Shown: positions 61,582 through 64,000 of the stretch, one piece after another
How positions within the stretch are numbered: position 1 is the stretch's first letter
How the letters are laid out: each line of letters begins with the position of its first letter
Assembly: GCA_965235115.1 (NCBI GenBank)
Contig: OZ249440.1
Location: 35,652,001-35,716,000, forward strand
DNA: 64,000 nucleotides
From: Laetmonice hystrix
Lineage: Eukaryota
Direction of reading: 5' to 3'
Program-made: the position numbers and the translations under genes
Notes under the pieces: model-generated
What the model saw: only the letters and a program-made list of their open reading frames with translations
The model's database searches: none
Told to the model about the DNA's origin: nothing

Positions 61582-61906
61582 AGTGAGAGTAGTGGTGGTT
61601 TTCCGCCGTGCCGGCATCCGGGGCCATCTTCACGGCGAAAACAGGGTTAAAAGACCATGAAATGAAAGGAACCTATTTTATCCCGGGCCCCAACGGGAAT
61701 ATCATTAAAACACACTCTATCCTGTCAGCCCAACCGGGCTATCGACGAGCCTGAACTATAAAAGAGTCAGAAGTCCAGCTTCTGACAAAAACTCTAAAAT
61801 CACTCCTGGTCTGACATTGATAAAAAGATCCTTAAGACTTGTCTCACTATAAAACCGTTGTCTGATCAGAGTAAAATCACCACACTCAAGTAAAACATGC
61901 TTCAGT
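61582..61906 (-). mobile_element. I-group LINE 3' fragment with 6-bp TSD, inside the Sola2 transposase
   Basis: GTACAG at 61576-61581 and 61907-61912; removal restores SCYCKYSSTAKDAC. Confidence 0.88.
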
Positions 61907-62860
61907 GTACAGCAGCACAGCAAAGGATGCATGCACTTGTCATCATCTGGTTGAACATAAAAAGTTAACTAACCCAGAAGCGAATGCCACTAGCCCTGAA
62001 CCAGGAAAAGTAATCCACAAGTTCAAGCAATTGAAAAGATTCTCACTGCTGCCCAAATTGCAAAATTTGAAAGGCGTTTGAGTGAAGGGTATGATGTTAC
62101 ACTGAAAGACCTGAATGCACTTAGTCCTGAGGAGAGATCTGAGTATCTTTACTGGAAGACATGGCAAGGTGCCAAGCTTCAAAATGCATCGGTGTCAAAT
62201 GAAGACAGTGACACAAATACTACAACCCCCCCAAAAAAGATGCATAACAAATCCCCACCCACTGAATCAGATAGCGATGGTGACGACCCAGAATGGGAAC
62301 CAAGGAAGAAAGTGTTCAAAAAGTGCAAAACTTCACATCCAGAGCGCAACAGAAATAACCCGATTAACAAGACCTTCTACATTGGTAACCCTCTGAAAAA
62401 TGCAAATCCTCTCACAGGAATAGTTAAGATGAAATTCTTAGAAAGGAGGGGATTCGAATTTGACTGGCCAAAAACTGCCGACATTGATGACATAGAAGTG
62501 ACCAAGATTTTGTGTGTGGTTAACTTTCAGGGGCCACCACCATTCAGGCTTTCAGAAAAGCGCTATCAACAAATATTACATCTGGCAAAAAACGTTGATG
62601 TTTAACTGCTAGGGCATTGATGGTTTCTGCATTTTGGTGTTATTAATCTGTGTATTCAGGAACTCGGGTGAACCCCTAGCACAGGAAACAAAATTTCCAT
62701 AGGATGTTGGTTGAATTTTCAATTTGGAAGTTTCAGTGATGATAATCACACTTTAGTTAGTGTGTTTTTCTTCCTTGAGGTTATTGTTAAAGTTTATTGG
62801 ACTGTTACTTGTTATACTGATTGTTCGTTGAAAGGGGTGATACTGATTGTTCGTTGAAAG

Positions 62861-63248
62861 GTGTGATATATTCATCCTGGTCTCAGTAAGGGATGGATCT
62901 AACTCTAAAATATGGACACTGTATTACATGAGATGTACTGGTGTGATATTCATTAGGATAGATCTCAGTTAGGTATGGATTTAGCTCTAAAATATGGACA
63001 CTGTATGTGATGTACTGACAGTGTGATATATTCATCAGGATCTCAGGTATGGATCTAACTCTAAAATATGGACACTGTATGTGATGTACTGGTGTGATAT
63101 ATTCATCAGGATCTCAGTTGGGTATGGATCTAACTCTAAAATATGGACACTGTATGTGATGTACTGACAGTGTGATATATTCATCAGGATCTCAGGTATG
63201 GATCTAACTCTAAAATATGGACACTGTACATATGATGTACCAGTGTGG
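62861..63248. repeat. Minisatellite, about 5 units of 71-80 bp
   Basis: GTGTGATAT..GGATCTAACTCTAAAATATGGACACTGTA units starting at 62861, 62941, 63021, 63092 and 63170. Confidence 0.9.
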
Positions 63249-64000
63249 TTATGTGCTAATTGTGAAAGTTTATTGGAGTTTTTCAGAATCTTTTGTTTCT
63301 GTAAATAAACTTCTTCACTTTTCCTTAAATCGAGTATTGTGATGTTGTGTATCGTCCCTGATCCAGTGAGTCCCTGACAGTCAGTGCAGAGACCATGGTC
63401 CCTTTAAACTTCGTGATTAATGTTGGGCATGAACAAAGTTTAAAAGTTTATTTCTCCCTGCATTCACAGTTTTATCCTACCATAACTTGAATTTTTCTTA
63501 GATAATCCCAATTTTATGGATTCATTCAACGAGTTTGGTGTGATTACGGTAAAGACGTGCAACCAGGTCTTCTCCGTAATTCCAATAAAAATAAAATTTA
63601 TAATAAGTACATGAAAACTAATGATCAAGCTTTGCTGTTGGGAAATCAGCATCAATAATTCATTGACTTCATTTTAAATTGCCTTGGTCAAGAAAAATTG
63701 ACAACATTTTTTTTCAGATGTCTTTACCGTAATTTGTCCCTTTTTGTGAAAATGGCCCATATACCCCGTTTCGGTTCCGATGATCAAGGAAGGATTTCAT
63801 TGGAACGAGTTTAGACAATGTGCAAAGTTAGAAGTAGATCTAATTTGCATGTGATCAGTACCAAGGAGAAGCAGCATCACTGAACAAGGTTGGAAAGAAG
63901 GGAAGAACTTAAGAAGAATGGCTAGTCCTACTCAAATCCGAAAGATGGCAAATTTTGTACATCTGTACATTTTGGAAGAGCCCGCCGAAAGGTACACAAA

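Larger units (their letters stand above)
60218..63758 (+). mobile_element. Sola2-like DNA transposon, 3' part (transposase about 60231-62605, interrupted twice; possible right terminus at 63758)
   Basis: IDYSENY, FVSDGPTTQYRNK, SHGKGPADGVG, LSCYC, FDWP; possible end GAAAATGGCCC|ATAT, similar to the end at 8311. Confidence 0.75.

Noticed and set aside
3746..61640. Recurrent GAGTAGTGGTGGTTTTGCGCCGTG motif as a CRISPR repeat
   Set aside because: It is the LINE 3' end, continuous with RNase H coding sequence; spacing is irregular and kb-scale and there are no cas genes.

Overview
Eukaryotic genomic DNA, most likely an invertebrate animal (species not determinable), made almost entirely of nested and fragmented transposable elements. 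I recognise no host gene, rRNA, tRNA or CRISPR array. One I-group non-LTR retrotransposon family (APE-RT-RNase H-CCHC; 3' stem-loop plus (TCAC)n tail) occurs as about 27 segments covering roughly 14-15 kb. By manual count 26 of these are on the minus strand and 21 keep the tail. Between them lie fragments of many other TE groups: L1/Tx1, CR1/L2-group (one with a NADAR domain), three Gypsy, DIRS-like and Crypton-like tyrosine recombinases, MULE, Sola2, Kolobok, P/Galileo-like, pogo-like MITEs, hAT, YqaJ and THAP. About 16 of 19 orientable coding fragments are on the plus strand, opposite to the I copies. An apparently intact 2.76-kb piggyBac sits inside one I copy. The most notable feature is this anti-parallel architecture. 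It resembles a uni-strand piRNA-cluster-like TE library repeatedly hit by one LINE family, with insertion at its own tail, variable TSDs and recurrent truncation points. That functional reading is inference. Coordinates were read by eye and may be off by a few bases.
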